Shown one piece after another: positions 63,718 to 64,000 of a stretch of 64,000 nt of DNA; position 1 is the first letter of the stretch; every line of letters starts with the position of its first letter. The translations under genes and the position numbers were made by a program. The notes under the pieces are model-generated. The model was not told where the DNA came from. It did no database searches and worked only from the letters and a program-made list of their open reading frames with translations. Source of the DNA: Chthonomonadales bacterium (GTDB lineage Bacteria > Armatimonadota > Chthonomonadetes > Chthonomonadales > CAJBBX01). The DNA is taken from NCBI GenBank assembly GCA_049967475.1, contig JBMFSQ010000001.1, positions 183,456 through 247,455 on the forward strand, written 5' to 3'.

Positions 63718-64000
63718 ATGGAGTGGGTTTCTTCTGTGCTGAGGCATATGCCGGCGGCGCGCCCATGGGATGACGCTGCGGCTGAAACGTACCGGATGGC
63801 TCTTCGGAGGCTGCCCGACGCTTTGGTTCGGCGAACGATCGCGCGGGCGGTTGCTGTCTGTACGCAGCGCCCCACGGTAGCGGAACTCCTGACCCTTGCT
63901 GCGGAATGTGCCGCCGGGCATCATCCTTCCGCCTCCGCCGCGTGGAAGGAAGTGCGCCATCTCCTTGAGACGCGCGGTCTCTACTGCCGCCGAGATCCCC
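63718..64000 (+). CDS. Partial ORF, phage-type replicative-helicase loader/inhibitor (G39P-like) suspected; runs off the right edge
   Basis: Not in the ORF track (open at the edge). My translation gives MEWVSSVLRHMPAARPWDDAAAETYRMALRRLPDALVRRTIARAVAVCTQRPTVAELLTLAAECAAGHHPSASAAWKEVRHLLETRGLYCRRDP. The W..L....P......Y...L..L....V..A........PT[VI]AEL pattern resembles G39P-family loaders. An in-frame stop lies at 63640. TTG 63703 and GTG 63715 are alternative starts. Confidence 0.4.
   Translation, partial: MEWVSSVLRHMPAARPWDDAAAETYRMALRRLPDALVRRTIARAVAVCTQRPTVAELLTLAAECAAGHHPSASAAWKEVRHLLETRGLYCRRDP

Noticed and set aside
1-64000. CRISPR arrays, IS elements or transposases, rRNA genes, additional tRNAs
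   Set aside because: I saw no regularly spaced direct repeats, no transposase or integrase-like ORFs, and no rRNA signature sequences. The only T-arm/acceptor pattern found is the tRNA-Val at 59753-59825. This was a visual scan only. tRNAscan-SE, Infernal and CRISPR finders should confirm it.

Overview
High-GC (above 60% by eye, not computed) bacterial chromosomal window. I count about 57 protein genes, one tRNA-Val(TAC) and one TPP riboswitch. I saw no rRNA, CRISPR array, transposase or IS element. The lineage is probably an Armatimonadota- or Planctomycetota-like diderm. This is inferred from gene content: a prepilin-type H-X9-DG/DUF1559 protein, a pseudopilin/secretin cluster, PD40 propellers, Sel1/TPR proteins, several Gfo/Idh/MocA oxidoreductases and glycoside hydrolases. 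Promoters are close to TTGACA-17-TATAAT and Shine-Dalgarno sites close to GGAGG. I used these signals to correct many starts that the ORF track over-extends.

Housekeeping genes recognised: aroF-type DAHP synthase, ispE, mog/moaB, glyS, murB, L25/ctc, trxA, mnmE, pcrA, ftsE, ftsX, an EnvC-like M23 peptidase, ychF-like and cysE.

Main result: the 5' extension of ORF 28144..29142 is not coding. It holds a complete TPP (THI-box) riboswitch with its own promoter and a Rho-independent terminator (minus strand, 29208..29002). This riboswitch controls an operon whose first gene is a prepilin-like H-X9-DG (DUF1559) protein. Thiamine pyrophosphokinase follows (apparent AUU start), then a translationally coupled sodium:solute symporter. 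A pseudopilin-like protein under TPP control suggests a new envelope component of thiamine salvage. It would also give a first functional handle on the DUF1559 family.

Other leads:
- a pseudopilin/PilM-PilN-fusion/PilO/secretin/PilP-like cluster with no ATPase, platform protein or peptidase (45.9-53.1 kb)
- a glycan-utilisation operon with a single ABC permease, a RelE/ParE-like orphan and an Sm-like miniprotein (29.7-37.3 kb)
- a stretch with clear codon periodicity but no annotated gene (54.1-54.5 kb)
- a consensus promoter with repeated TGGTGACTG boxes in front of a phage helicase-loader-like partial ORF at the right edge

All family assignments come from motif reading, not from database searches.
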